Shown: positions 47,547 to 56,891, counted from the stretch's first letter. The stretch is 59,474 bases of DNA from an uncultured Candidatus Saccharibacteria bacterium (GCA_964563615.1 CAZLWF010000005.1:1-59474); one strand, 5' to 3'. The notes: generated from the letters alone by a model not told the origin. Numbers and translations: made by a program.

Positions 47547-50534
47547 TTAGTCAGCAATGTGTGTAAGATTGCTATAACTTTGCGGGCAGCTTTCACCAAT
47601 TAGCTCATTATAGGCTCTAGGGATAACAATTTTATCTATTGCATCATCTTCTCCGAGACCATGACCTGAATCATCAAAACATTGGAAGTAACTTGGAATA
47701 CCGAAGCTTTGCATAATGCCAAGTGCCTCATCACCATCATCATTTTGTGCATCATCTGGATCTGAACAGTGCCAACCATGAGTCGTGTCTTCACCACCTA
47801 GGAAAAAGACGGACGGCGGATCATTAGCATCAATATAATTATACGCAAACGGCGCAAGTGGCCCAGATGTACTTGTTACCATGCAGCTCCACGATGGAAC
47901 AATACCCCCACTTTGATATGTTTGATTATCTCTGTTAACCAGCGTATCGCTTGATGGGTAAAATGATGCATCATTGGCAGTGGTCGCAGCAAGCATAGAA
48001 GTAATACCTCCAGCAGAAGTACCTGCCAATATTATTTTGTTGGGATCTATACCATAGTCAGTCGCATGTAGTCGTGCAAATCTAATTAACGCTAGCATAT
48101 CTGAAGCCGCATGTTTTTGCTCTGACATGGTAAAACCCATATTTGTGTGGTCAGTTCGATAATCACCAGAGATACAGACATACCCTAGTCGAGCTGCTTC
48201 ATTACATGGAGCTGCCCCTCCTTCAGATTCACCGCCACCGCCATGCATAAATATTTTAAGTGGACGATTTCTTGCTGTATCTGAAAGTGGCGGTGTGTAG
48301 AGATCAAACGCCAAATCATACGTGCTTGAAAATTCTATACCGGCAGTACCTAAGGCAACCGAAGGCTCTGGAATCTCTGACTGAGTGAAGATCTCATTAC
48401 AGTAGCGAAGCTCACCCGGAGTACCCGCAACATCTGGATCACAAACTGGAATTTCTTCCTCTTCTCCCCCGTCATCAGTAATCTGATACACCGTATACTC
48501 TGCGACATTACCACTATCATCAGTTGATGCATCCCATGAGAGGACAGCTGACGTTGGAGTTGTTGATTGCACGACAAGATTACTAGGAACAGATGGTGGA
48601 GTAGTGTCGGCAGGCAGAGCTACCATTTGATTTGGATCAAAGACAAAGTAACCAAAGGAATACGCTGGTATATAGAGGCTGCCAAGTGTTGTGTCGACAT
48701 CTTTATAAACAACTGCAGTTTCATTTGCATCGATATACCCATCAGTTTTTAGATTTGTATTACCTCTGCCTGCATAGAGATGATCTCCAGCTATATACGC
48801 ATAGGTAATTGGTGTCTCAATATTTATAGGTTCATTATTTACAACAAATGGCGCAGTATCTCCAACTTGTCTTAATCCAAGTGAAACTCCTGAAAGGTTC
48901 GTAACATAGACAAAATATTTTCCGTCTTCTCCTCTGTATGCATCTACTCGTAAATAAGGATTGGTGTCATCAGAAATAATATCTGTATCGTTTGATGTAC
49001 TGACTGAGGCATCAACGTATGATGCATTATTTTCAACAATAGTATTCATAAACTGTATTGGCCAATAAGTCATCCGACGAACTGCATCATCTTTATGCGT
49101 ACCTGCAGCAACCACATCGGTAACGGTATTATTTATTTCATCCCAATCGCCCACACTATCAACAAAACCTTCAGGTCCATCGAGTGTACCAATCGGACCA
49201 AATAGATTTGTACTAATTGCATGAATATCAGCTACAGGCACAGTGCCAGGATGTGCTGCATTATAAGCATTAATTGTATTCAAAAATCCACCAACGAATA
49301 TTGCCTGAAGTAGAGTGTTTGAATACAGTCCTTCCGTTGGTGTCGTTTTTATTTCAGTATTGTACTCAGTAAAGAGAATCTCTTTGCCTGGCATAAGCGC
49401 CTGATAATACTCAATAGTATCAATAACTAATTCATTATCATTGATGGCATGGGAAGCTCGAGCGCAATCCATCAAAGCATCAATACCCCCCAAAGTACCA
49501 CAGACCTGACTACCCGAAGAACCTGAGGGTGGATATGCTACGGGAGGGTAGTAATGAGTCGTAATCGCATCTGCAGTTAAAGTTCCATTTTGCATAGCAT
49601 TCGCGAGGCCATTATTCCAATTCTTGTAACTAATATTATTATTGAGGCCTACCTTCCAGTAAGGCGCTGCATTGGCAGCAATGACAATTGATGGATCAAA
49701 ATCACGGATAGCTTGCGCATATGGTTCGACGCGTGCGACATAATCAGCAACTTTGTATAAACCATTTGTACAACCAGTGTCGCAATACCATGCATTGTCT
49801 GCTTGTATATAATGTTCTTCACCAAGTTCGACATACTTTACATCTACACCGAGTGCCTTGAGGCGACCAAGTGCAGAAAGCACATCGCTGACTGTGCCCG
49901 TTGAAGGATTAATGGTAAACATATTCGTTGCATCAATGCGCGTAGCCATTGGTGCAAAATCTTCCAGATAATTATGTCCAATTGTTGTTTGATTCTGATA
50001 GGTGCCTTGACTGACATCTTCAGCATATGAATTATCTGGACTGTATATGAACATTTGACATGGCCAATGCCCATTGCCGTGGTTCAATGCCCCAAGCGGC
50101 ATAGCAAAAATAGGATCACCAGACAGATCGTGGAGCGACGGGCATGATTTGTACTGATCAGGCACAACGGCATCAATTGGATGAAAAAAATTTGCTTCAG
50201 CTCCAGGCATGCGGTAGTTAGTAAATCCTGCTGCGTCAAGAAACGCATTTAGCGTTTCATCATGAAAATCCATCGTATCAAATATTGCTTCCAAATTAAC
50301 ACCGAGTAAATCTGACTCAACCGGTGCATGTACAACATCTGTGATTGCAATCGTTATTGACTCTTCAGCTGTGGCGTCTCCCCAGGGGTAGACGAAGTCA
50401 ATAACTTGCGCTCCGTTAAAGTTATACCTAAGACTTGTATTAAAAACCACAAAAACTCCAAGTGCAATAATCGCAACTATGAGAAAAAAGAGTTTAACGA
50501 CATCGTATTGAGGATTTCGTAGAAAATAAAACAT
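47547..50534 (-). CDS. Surface protein with a clan-A-like glycoside hydrolase (GH51/GH79-like), FN3 and an alpha/beta esterase
   Basis: YRMPG, VKYVELGEE, ITTHYY and LFTEYN, then an FN3 domain. The esterase shows MHGGGG, GTSAGG, GGED and SGH. Confidence 0.8.
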   Translation of the reverse strand: MFYFLRNPQYDVVKLFFLIVAIIALGVFVVFNTSLRYNFNGAQVIDFVYPWGDATAEESITIAITDVVHAPVESDLLGVNLEAIFDTMDFHDETLNAFLDAAGFTNYRMPGAEANFFHPIDAVVPDQYKSCPSLHDLSGDPIFAMPLGALNHGNGHWPCQMFIYSPDNSYAEDVSQGTYQNQTTIGHNYLEDFAPMATRIDATNMFTINPSTGTVSDVLSALGRLKALGVDVKYVELGEEHYIQADNAWYCDTGCTNGLYKVADYVARVEPYAQAIRDFDPSIVIAANAAPYWKVGLNNNISYKNWNNGLANAMQNGTLTADAITTHYYPPVAYPPSGSSGSQVCGTLGGIDALMDCARASHAINDNELVIDTIEYYQALMPGKEILFTEYNTEIKTTPTEGLYSNTLLQAIFVGGFLNTINAYNAAHPGTVPVADIHAISTNLFGPIGTLDGPEGFVDSVGDWDEINNTVTDVVAAGTHKDDAVRRMTYWPIQFMNTIVENNASYVDASVSTSNDTDIISDDTNPYLRVDAYRGEDGKYFVYVTNLSGVSLGLRQVGDTAPFVVNNEPINIETPITYAYIAGDHLYAGRGNTNLKTDGYIDANETAVVYKDVDTTLGSLYIPAYSFGYFVFDPNQMVALPADTTPPSVPSNLVVQSTTPTSAVLSWDASTDDSGNVAEYTVYQITDDGGEEEEIPVCDPDVAGTPGELRYCNEIFTQSEIPEPSVALGTAGIEFSSTYDLAFDLYTPPLSDTARNRPLKIFMHGGGGESEGGAAPCNEAARLGYVCISGDYRTDHTNMGFTMSEQKHAASDMLALIRFARLHATDYGIDPNKIILAGTSAGGITSMLAATTANDASFYPSSDTLVNRDNQTYQSGGIVPSWSCMVTSTSGPLAPFAYNYIDANDPPSVFFLGGEDTTHGWHCSDPDDAQNDDGDEALGIMQSFGIPSYFQCFDDSGHGLGEDDAIDKIVIPRAYNELIGESCPQSYSNLTHIAD

Positions 50535-50597
50535 TGTAGCTAATTGTATAGTAGCAAATTAGAAAATCACAAGCAAAAACAACCTACGATGCATAGC

Positions 50598-51311
50598 TTA
50601 TTTTATTTTCTTCTGAGTTTTGTATGACGTATTTTTTTTGATCAGTGATTTTGCGGACGGTGAATGAAGGAGTCGGGCATTTGGAATAATGCAGTGGCCA
50701 CCTATCGGACCATCAACGTGTTTCAAATATGGCCGCAGGACTTCATGTCTACCTAGTTTTATGTACCCTTCATTGTAGGTTTGGTTACCTAGCCGATAGA
50801 CAACATCGGCATCTAAACCAAATTTTTTGCAATATGCGTGAATTTCTTTCTCAAGAGCGATGAGTAGACCATACTGCGTCGTATCCCAAAGCTTCAAAGC
50901 TTCTGTTGTTTCAGAAAGCGCCGTTGCATACACATTGATACCTCTATTTTTAAATAGTTTTGCTGCCTGCTTCGCATCTTTACCACCAAAGAATTTCACA
51001 AATGTTTTTATGCCTTTTGCTATATGAGGGTGGACACCTCGTATAGGTGAATGCACGGCAGCGAGTTTGCGCGATGTGCCAACAGGAACAGATGAGTGGA
51101 TAATCGTTAATGTTGGTTTAAATAATTTCTGATAACTTTTAACATGACGTATAAATGTAGGGGTATATGGGATAGCAATATGTATGACATCGTAGTGTTT
51201 CTTAGATGCAATCATATGCTTGTACGGGTCATGGCAATCACAGGCTAAAACCTCTTTTAGTGCTTGCCCAACTTCCCCGTATCCAATGACAACTTGAGAT
51301 CTATGTACCAT
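50598..51311 (-). CDS. Short UDP-glucose/GDP-mannose dehydrogenase-family protein
   Basis: VIGYGEVG Rossmann motif, HSSVPVGT, EALKL and PIGGHC catalytic Cys. Confidence 0.75.
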   Translation of the reverse strand: MVHRSQVVIGYGEVGQALKEVLACDCHDPYKHMIASKKHYDVIHIAIPYTPTFIRHVKSYQKLFKPTLTIIHSSVPVGTSRKLAAVHSPIRGVHPHIAKGIKTFVKFFGGKDAKQAAKLFKNRGINVYATALSETTEALKLWDTTQYGLLIALEKEIHAYCKKFGLDADVVYRLGNQTYNEGYIKLGRHEVLRPYLKHVDGPIGGHCIIPNARLLHSPSAKSLIKKNTSYKTQKKIK

Positions 51312-51418
51312 AGCAAAAGTATACTATAGTTTTTCTTGTCTGATTACCGAACATGCTACAGAGTCCACAGACTATATATTCCCTTAGAATAACTTTTATA
51401 GTAAACTTTAAAGCAGTA

Positions 51419-51817
51419 ATGGACACATCGTTAGATACAAGAAAAATCTTAATCGTTGAGGATGAAGAAATCATGCTTAATCTTTTAGGCGATGCACTTG
51501 AAAAGAAGGGCTGCGTGGTCTTTAGAGCAAACAATGGTGAGGATGGATTAAAACTTGCCTTGAGTGAGAGTCCTGATTTAATTTTGCTCGATATCCTTTT
51601 GCCAAAAATTGACGGACTTCAAGTTTTAAAGAAAATCCGTGAAGGAGCTGAGGCAATAAAAGATGTACCAGTTATTTTGCTGACTAATTTAAATCCTGAT
51701 AAAGAAGAAATCAATCAAACGATTACCCAAACCTACCCTGCTTACTACCTCGTTAAGTCCAACTGGAACGTCGATGATGTGATTGATAAAGTCCGTGAGC
51801 GATTATCTCGCAAGTAA
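51419..51817 (+). CDS. Single-domain response regulator receiver
   Basis: ILIVEDE, DLILLDILLPKIDG, VILLTN and YLVK. No kinase gene is adjacent. Confidence 0.92.
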   Translation: MDTSLDTRKILIVEDEEIMLNLLGDALEKKGCVVFRANNGEDGLKLALSESPDLILLDILLPKIDGLQVLKKIREGAEAIKDVPVILLTNLNPDKEEINQTITQTYPAYYLVKSNWNVDDVIDKVRERLSRK

Positions 51818-51835
51818 TCTTTAATTAAATTAGTT

Positions 51836-52021
51836 TTATTCTGTCGTCTTACCTTCAAATGCAGATATCTCTGCATTTTCTACTTCATAGCTAATATCTA
51901 TCGGATGACAGCAGACTTCACAATCCTCAATATAGCTTTGGCTTCCAGCCGATACGTCTAAAATAACTGAGATTTCTTCTCCGCAATATGGGCAATTAAA
52001 AAAGTGTTCTTTGGTTTCCAT
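51836..52021 (-). CDS. CPxCG-motif cysteine-rich zinc-ribbon protein
   Basis: CPYCGE...YIEDCEVCCHPI. Start METKEH lies 6 nt after TATACT. Confidence 0.85.
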   Translation of the reverse strand: METKEHFFNCPYCGEEISVILDVSAGSQSYIEDCEVCCHPIDISYEVENAEISAFEGKTTE

Positions 52022-52096
52022 GGTTGTAGTATACAATTGATTGCACAAACAATGTCACATTATTGACTTCATATTCGTCTCACTTAATATAGACCT

Positions 52097-53311
52097 ATGC
52101 ATAAATATTCAAAAAACTTTTCTATAGTATTTTCTTTTCTCGTAGTAGTACTTACGCTTTTTGGTGTATCACAAGCCAGCTTTGCGGCAACAACCCAAGT
52201 AAAACCATTTGAAGTCACTGGCTGGATTCCCTACTGGAGTGTGACTGCAGGCACAACCGTAGCAAATAAAAATTTAACTACTTTAACCTCGATATTTCCT
52301 TTCGGCTACGGCGTCAATACTGATGGCACCCTTACTGATCTCGCCAAACTCGCTACATCACCGACGTGGGCAAGTCTCAAGACTAGTGCTAATGCTAAAC
52401 AAGTAAAATTTATTCCGACGATCACCTGGACAGACGGTACAGCGATCAATCAAATACTCTCTGATAAAACCCTTCGTACCAAACATGTCGACACTATTGT
52501 CGCTATGGTTGAAAATGGCAAATTTGATGGCGTCGATATTGACTATGAGAAAAAACTTGCAGTAACGAAAGACAACTTCTCTATGTTTCTAACGGAGCTC
52601 AAAGCAAAGCTCGGCAGTAAAACTCTCGTCTGCTCGATCGAAGCTCGCACACCACTTGCATCGTTATATCGTGTCATTCCGACAAACATCCAGTATGCCA
52701 ATGACTACAAAGCTATCGGCAAAGCATGCGATAGAGTCGTCATACTCGCCTATGATCAAGGCCGTGCAGATTTCGTCTTGAATAATACCAAAGCTGGTGC
52801 ACCGTATAATCCCATCGCTGATGTTGAGTGGGTAAGAAAAGTAGCAACACTTGCATCTGAATCAATCCCAAAAGAGAAAATCCTCCTCGGTATTCCGACC
52901 TATGGATTTAACTATGAAGTAACGATCGCACCGAACTGGTTCAAGAGTTACAAAAAGGTCTCTTCTGCTACCGCTTCATATGCCACCCAAACTGCGACAC
53001 TCTTTGGTATCACTCCTACGCGCAATAAATCAGGCGAGATGAGCTACTCATTTGCCACTGGATCCACACCCAAAGAAGTCGCAACCTACAAACTACCAAG
53101 TACACTCACGAGTGATACATTTGCCAACCGAGCACTCGCCTATGCTAATGCTACCGGCAAAACGTTTACCTTCAACACTGTCTGGTGGAGCGACGCTGAT
53201 GCTATCAAGCAGAAAGTAACTCTCGCTAAAGAGTTAGGTCTCGCAGGCATTTCCCTATTTAAAATAGATGGCAATGAAGATCCAAATATCTGGGCGATGC
53301 TTGCCAAATAA
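52097..53311 (+). CDS. Secreted GH18 glycoside hydrolase (chitinase/spore-cortex-lytic-like)
   Basis: Signal peptide, intact FDGVDIDYE (DxxDxDxE), LAYD, LGIPTYG and WWSD...KVTLAKELGLAGI. Confidence 0.88.
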   Translation: MHKYSKNFSIVFSFLVVVLTLFGVSQASFAATTQVKPFEVTGWIPYWSVTAGTTVANKNLTTLTSIFPFGYGVNTDGTLTDLAKLATSPTWASLKTSANAKQVKFIPTITWTDGTAINQILSDKTLRTKHVDTIVAMVENGKFDGVDIDYEKKLAVTKDNFSMFLTELKAKLGSKTLVCSIEARTPLASLYRVIPTNIQYANDYKAIGKACDRVVILAYDQGRADFVLNNTKAGAPYNPIADVEWVRKVATLASESIPKEKILLGIPTYGFNYEVTIAPNWFKSYKKVSSATASYATQTATLFGITPTRNKSGEMSYSFATGSTPKEVATYKLPSTLTSDTFANRALAYANATGKTFTFNTVWWSDADAIKQKVTLAKELGLAGISLFKIDGNEDPNIWAMLAK

Positions 53312-53319
53312 AACTGGGG

Positions 53320-53715
53320 CTATTGTTGTAGGTAATCTAAAAACGTCATCAAGCTACATAGTGATGTAGCTGCCGAAAATATATGCCACATGCTGTGGTT
53401 AATAGTATATCCATATTTGTGTTGCCGTATATAAAATACGACAGAAACTACTGCACATATGATTGCTAGAAAAGCGTATGGAAAATTCCATCGTCCCATA
53501 AAAAGTAGATAAAAATTCGATGCCATCAAAAGATACGCAAACGTTACATCTTTAAATGCAAAATATCTTTCTCTTGATAAATGAAAACATGTGGACACAA
53601 TGAGAACCATACCCATGAGGAATGCATACCAATATATTTGATTAGCAAAAGCTACAGTTAGTGGTACCAAGAAAAACAAATTACTTAAAATTGTAAGTTT
53701 CAACATTTGCTTCAT
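53320..53715 (-). CDS. Small multi-pass membrane protein (CREST/hemolysin-III-like motifs)
   Basis: SNLFFL, STCFH and HSMWHIFS. Confidence 0.55.
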   Translation of the reverse strand: MKQMLKLTILSNLFFLVPLTVAFANQIYWYAFLMGMVLIVSTCFHLSRERYFAFKDVTFAYLLMASNFYLLFMGRWNFPYAFLAIICAVVSVVFYIRQHKYGYTINHSMWHIFSAATSLCSLMTFLDYLQQ

Positions 53716-53831
53716 TAAATATTGCTCGAATTTTCTTTTATTTTAACTTTCATAGTTAAATCTTAGTAGGAAAATTATCTAAAAGGTAAACCTTTCGTAC
53801 AACCTACCTAAAGAAGAAACAGTTTGCCTTT

Positions 53832-54341
53832 TTATTGACTAATAACTTCATTGTAAACCTGTTCTGCTATTTTCTCAGGGCTATTTTTTGTTGTATCTAT
53901 TTCCACAAAGGCAGAAAAGTCTTTAGACTGTTGCATTTCGTAGGTATAATCAAATCGTTCTCGATTCGGCATTTTATTCCTTTCTTCTCCTCTCTTTTGA
54001 ATTCTCTCCCACAATACATCCTTTGGAGCAGAAAGATAGTACATAAAAAAAGGCACATTACATTTAGTAACAATCTCCTTCAATTTTTTATCTCGTTCTT
54101 TTGTAATACCACTATCGATAACAATACTAACTCCATTAGAAAGAAATGATTCAGTGAGTGAAAAAATTACGTCAAAAGCTATAACATTATACTCATCCGT
54201 TGCTTTTGACTTTGTAATTAAATTTCGCACTAAATCAAGACCTACAAATGCTGTATTTTCCATTTTTTCTTTCAGTAAGTTACTTACTGTTGACTTACCT
54301 GCTCCTCGTGCTCCATCTAAGATAATAAGTTTTGCTTTCAT
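53832..54341 (-). CDS. P-loop kinase (AAA_33/nucleotide-kinase-like)
   Basis: LIILDGARGAGKST, IVIDS and LWERIQKR. Confidence 0.8.
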   Translation of the reverse strand: MKAKLIILDGARGAGKSTVSNLLKEKMENTAFVGLDLVRNLITKSKATDEYNVIAFDVIFSLTESFLSNGVSIVIDSGITKERDKKLKEIVTKCNVPFFMYYLSAPKDVLWERIQKRGEERNKMPNRERFDYTYEMQQSKDFSAFVEIDTTKNSPEKIAEQVYNEVISQ

Positions 54342-54346
54342 ATTAG

Positions 54347-54942
54347 TTATAGATAATTTTTTAATTCTTCCGACAGTAAATCAATTGTTTTGAAGGTGAT
54401 TCCATTCAAACCATATTCTTTTGCTTTGCTAATATTTTTTTCTCCATCATCTATAAAAATTGCTTCATCAGGATTAACCCCAAGCTTTTGAAGAGTTACA
54501 TCAAATATTTCTTTAGTCGGCTTTTTAATCCCAAGCTCCCAAGAAAATGATACTACATCGAAATAATCCCTTATTCCCCATTTATCTAGTACTGCAGCTT
54601 CGAAAACTGTCGTATTTGAAATAAACCCAATTTATATTTTTTCTTAAGATCAAGAAGCAAGTCTCTCATGCCAGCAAACATCGTCGCTTTTTCAATTCCC
54701 TCCCTGAATAAATTAATAACGTATTCAATATTTTCTTGATTCTGTTCAATCTTAAATTCTTTTAGAAAATTTACAGCCATATCTTGTTCTGATTTCCATT
54801 CATTAAGTTGGACTGAAGCTTCGTACAAATGCATGAAATCAGGTGTCTTTTCAATTCCAAATTTGTCTTGCAGTGACCTGGAAATACCGACATTCTTTGT
54901 ACCTAATGTTTCCCACAAATCAAAAATGATTGCTTTTACCAT
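54347..54942 (-). pseudogene. HAD-family hydrolase split by a -1 frameshift at about 54622-54628
   Basis: Frame 1 reads IIFDLWETLG...YKLG. The shifted frame continues ISNTTVFE...ELGIKKPTKEIF...FIDDGEKNI...NYL to a stop at 54347. Confidence 0.85.
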
Positions 54943-54965
54943 AAAGTGAGTTTATCAGACCGGAA

Positions 54966-55538
54966 CTAAAAAGTCCTTTCGGTTTTTCCATAAGACTTTT
55001 GTTTTATATAAATCATTGTATCGTATCCACGTGTTACCTGATCACTTATATCAACACCAAGACTAACCAGAAAATCAAAAAGTTCTTTTTGCACTATTTC
55101 TGCATCAGCATCTTTGTCCATAATTTTTTCTGCTTCTATAAATGAACCCAAATCTCTAACTTCATCTAAACAAATTTCCATATTCTGATATGTTGTTTTG
55201 ATTCTTTCTTTGTGAACATGAACTACTTCTTTGTATCCCATGACGAGGAGAGCTTGTTTGAATTCTTTTGAATCAGTGATCTCTGTTTCATGCTCAATAG
55301 CATCAAATTCATTCTTATTGGGTTGCTTGAGGGTAAAGATAAATTTTCCATTTGATTCCCGAATTCGTAAAATATTTTTACCCGCCTGAAATTCATCATA
55401 TGCGCCGTAGTTTTGATCTACAAAAGTAACATCGTCTTGAACAACTGATGCAGATAAGATGCACCCAAGCTCTTGTAGCTTTTCTATAATTTTCTCTTTA
55501 TCTCTTAATTTTGCTTTTACTTCAATTTCTTTACGCAT
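54966..55538 (-). CDS. CYTH-domain protein (class IV adenylate cyclase/CyaB-like)
   Basis: EIEVK (ExExK), LRIRE, FTLK, EHETE, KER and LGSFIEAE. Confidence 0.85.
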   Translation of the reverse strand: MRKEIEVKAKLRDKEKIIEKLQELGCILSASVVQDDVTFVDQNYGAYDEFQAGKNILRIRESNGKFIFTLKQPNKNEFDAIEHETEITDSKEFKQALLVMGYKEVVHVHKERIKTTYQNMEICLDEVRDLGSFIEAEKIMDKDADAEIVQKELFDFLVSLGVDISDQVTRGYDTMIYIKQKSYGKTERTF

Positions 55539-55636
55539 AAATTATTTTTGGTATCTATCGGGATTTTCCCTCGACTCAAAATTCGCCGCCACTCATTTTA
55601 GTCTAGATACCAGCTCGTTTATTTCTATATTGAAAA

Positions 55637-56890
55637 TTATTTGTTGTTTATAATATCTTCGATTTCCATAAGTCTATTATATTTGCAGACTCTCTCAGCA
55701 CGAACAAGTGATCCTGACTTAATATAGTCACTGGCAAGTCCAACTGCAAGATCGGCAATAAACGTATCTGTCGTGTCACCGGATCGATGGGATACAAACG
55801 GAGACCAGCCCTGCTTTTTTGTCAGCTGAATCGCCTCTATAGTTTCAGTCAGCGTGCCAATTTGATTTGGTTTGATAAGCACAGCATTGATCGCCTGTTT
55901 ATCGATGGCAACTTGTATCCTTTTACTATTTGTCACCGTGAGATCGTCGCCAACGATTTTTATCTTGTCGCCCAATCTTTTTCTCATTTCGACAAAACCC
56001 TCCCAGTCGTCCTCTGCTAGACCATCCTCGATAGAAATAATTGGATGTCTTTCGATCAATTCCTCATACCAATCAATTACTTGATTGGTTGTCCTATCTG
56101 CGCTTTCTCCGGCAATTTTCAATCGGTATATACCATTCTTATAGAAACTCGATGCAGCCGCGTCTATTGCGATCTTAACCTGGTCTAATGTGTAGTTAGC
56201 GACTACAATCGCCTCTTCAATAAGTTCCAATGCCTCTTCAGAGGTTGTGAGTCTTGGTGCAAAACCACCTTCGTCGCCGACACTTGTTGTATAACCCTTA
56301 GATTTCAATATCTTTTTTAATGACAAAATGATTTCTCCCGTAGCTTGCACTTTCCGACGGAAAGAATCAAAACCAATGGGAGCAAGCATGAATTCCTGAA
56401 TATCTAAGCCACTATCAGCATGCTTGCCACCATTAATAACATTAAACATTGGTTGCGGAAGTTTAAAGTTCATGGTACTCCCCAGTCCTCCCAAATATTC
56501 GTACAGCTCAACCTTTTGCTCTTCTGCACAAGCACGGGCAAAAGCCAAGGAGACTCCGAGAAGTGCATTTGCACCGAGGCGTGATTTGTTTTCCGTACCA
56601 TCTCGCTGAATTAGAGCCATATCGAGACTAGTCTGATCAAAGTCTTTACCTTTGATAGACTCATAAATTTCTGTATTTACATTTTCGATAGCTCTAAGTA
56701 CGCCGAGTCCTCCGTATCTGCTCTGATCGTGATCACGCAATTCAAGAGCCTCATGAACTCCAGTACTTGCTCCGGAGGGGACAGATGCCTTTGCCATCAC
56801 ACCGCGCGAGAGTGTACAGCAAACTTCTAACGTTGGATTGCCACGCGAATCGATAATCTCTTTTGCTGTAACTGATTGTATCTTTGCCAT
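55637..56890 (-). CDS. eno: Enolase
   Basis: DSRGNPT, VPSGASTG, NGGKHA, GDEGGF, IEDG, VGDDL, IKPNQIGT and SHRSG. Confidence 0.97.
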   Translation of the reverse strand: MAKIQSVTAKEIIDSRGNPTLEVCCTLSRGVMAKASVPSGASTGVHEALELRDHDQSRYGGLGVLRAIENVNTEIYESIKGKDFDQTSLDMALIQRDGTENKSRLGANALLGVSLAFARACAEEQKVELYEYLGGLGSTMNFKLPQPMFNVINGGKHADSGLDIQEFMLAPIGFDSFRRKVQATGEIILSLKKILKSKGYTTSVGDEGGFAPRLTTSEEALELIEEAIVVANYTLDQVKIAIDAAASSFYKNGIYRLKIAGESADRTTNQVIDWYEELIERHPIISIEDGLAEDDWEGFVEMRKRLGDKIKIVGDDLTVTNSKRIQVAIDKQAINAVLIKPNQIGTLTETIEAIQLTKKQGWSPFVSHRSGDTTDTFIADLAVGLASDYIKSGSLVRAERVCKYNRLMEIEDIINNK

Positions 56891-56891
56891 A

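Noticed and set aside
28000-53311. Accessory region as a prophage or integrative element
   Set aside because: I recognised no integrase, transposase, terminase, capsid or att-like flanking repeats. Housekeeping-type genes (nfi, ABC transporters, PspC) are interspersed.
53781-53832. Long hairpin containing GGCAAAC on the minus strand, as a possible c-di-GMP-I riboswitch
   Set aside because: It lacks the GAAA tetraloop, receptor and GACGCAAAG elements. Its position right after a stop codon fits an ordinary terminator.
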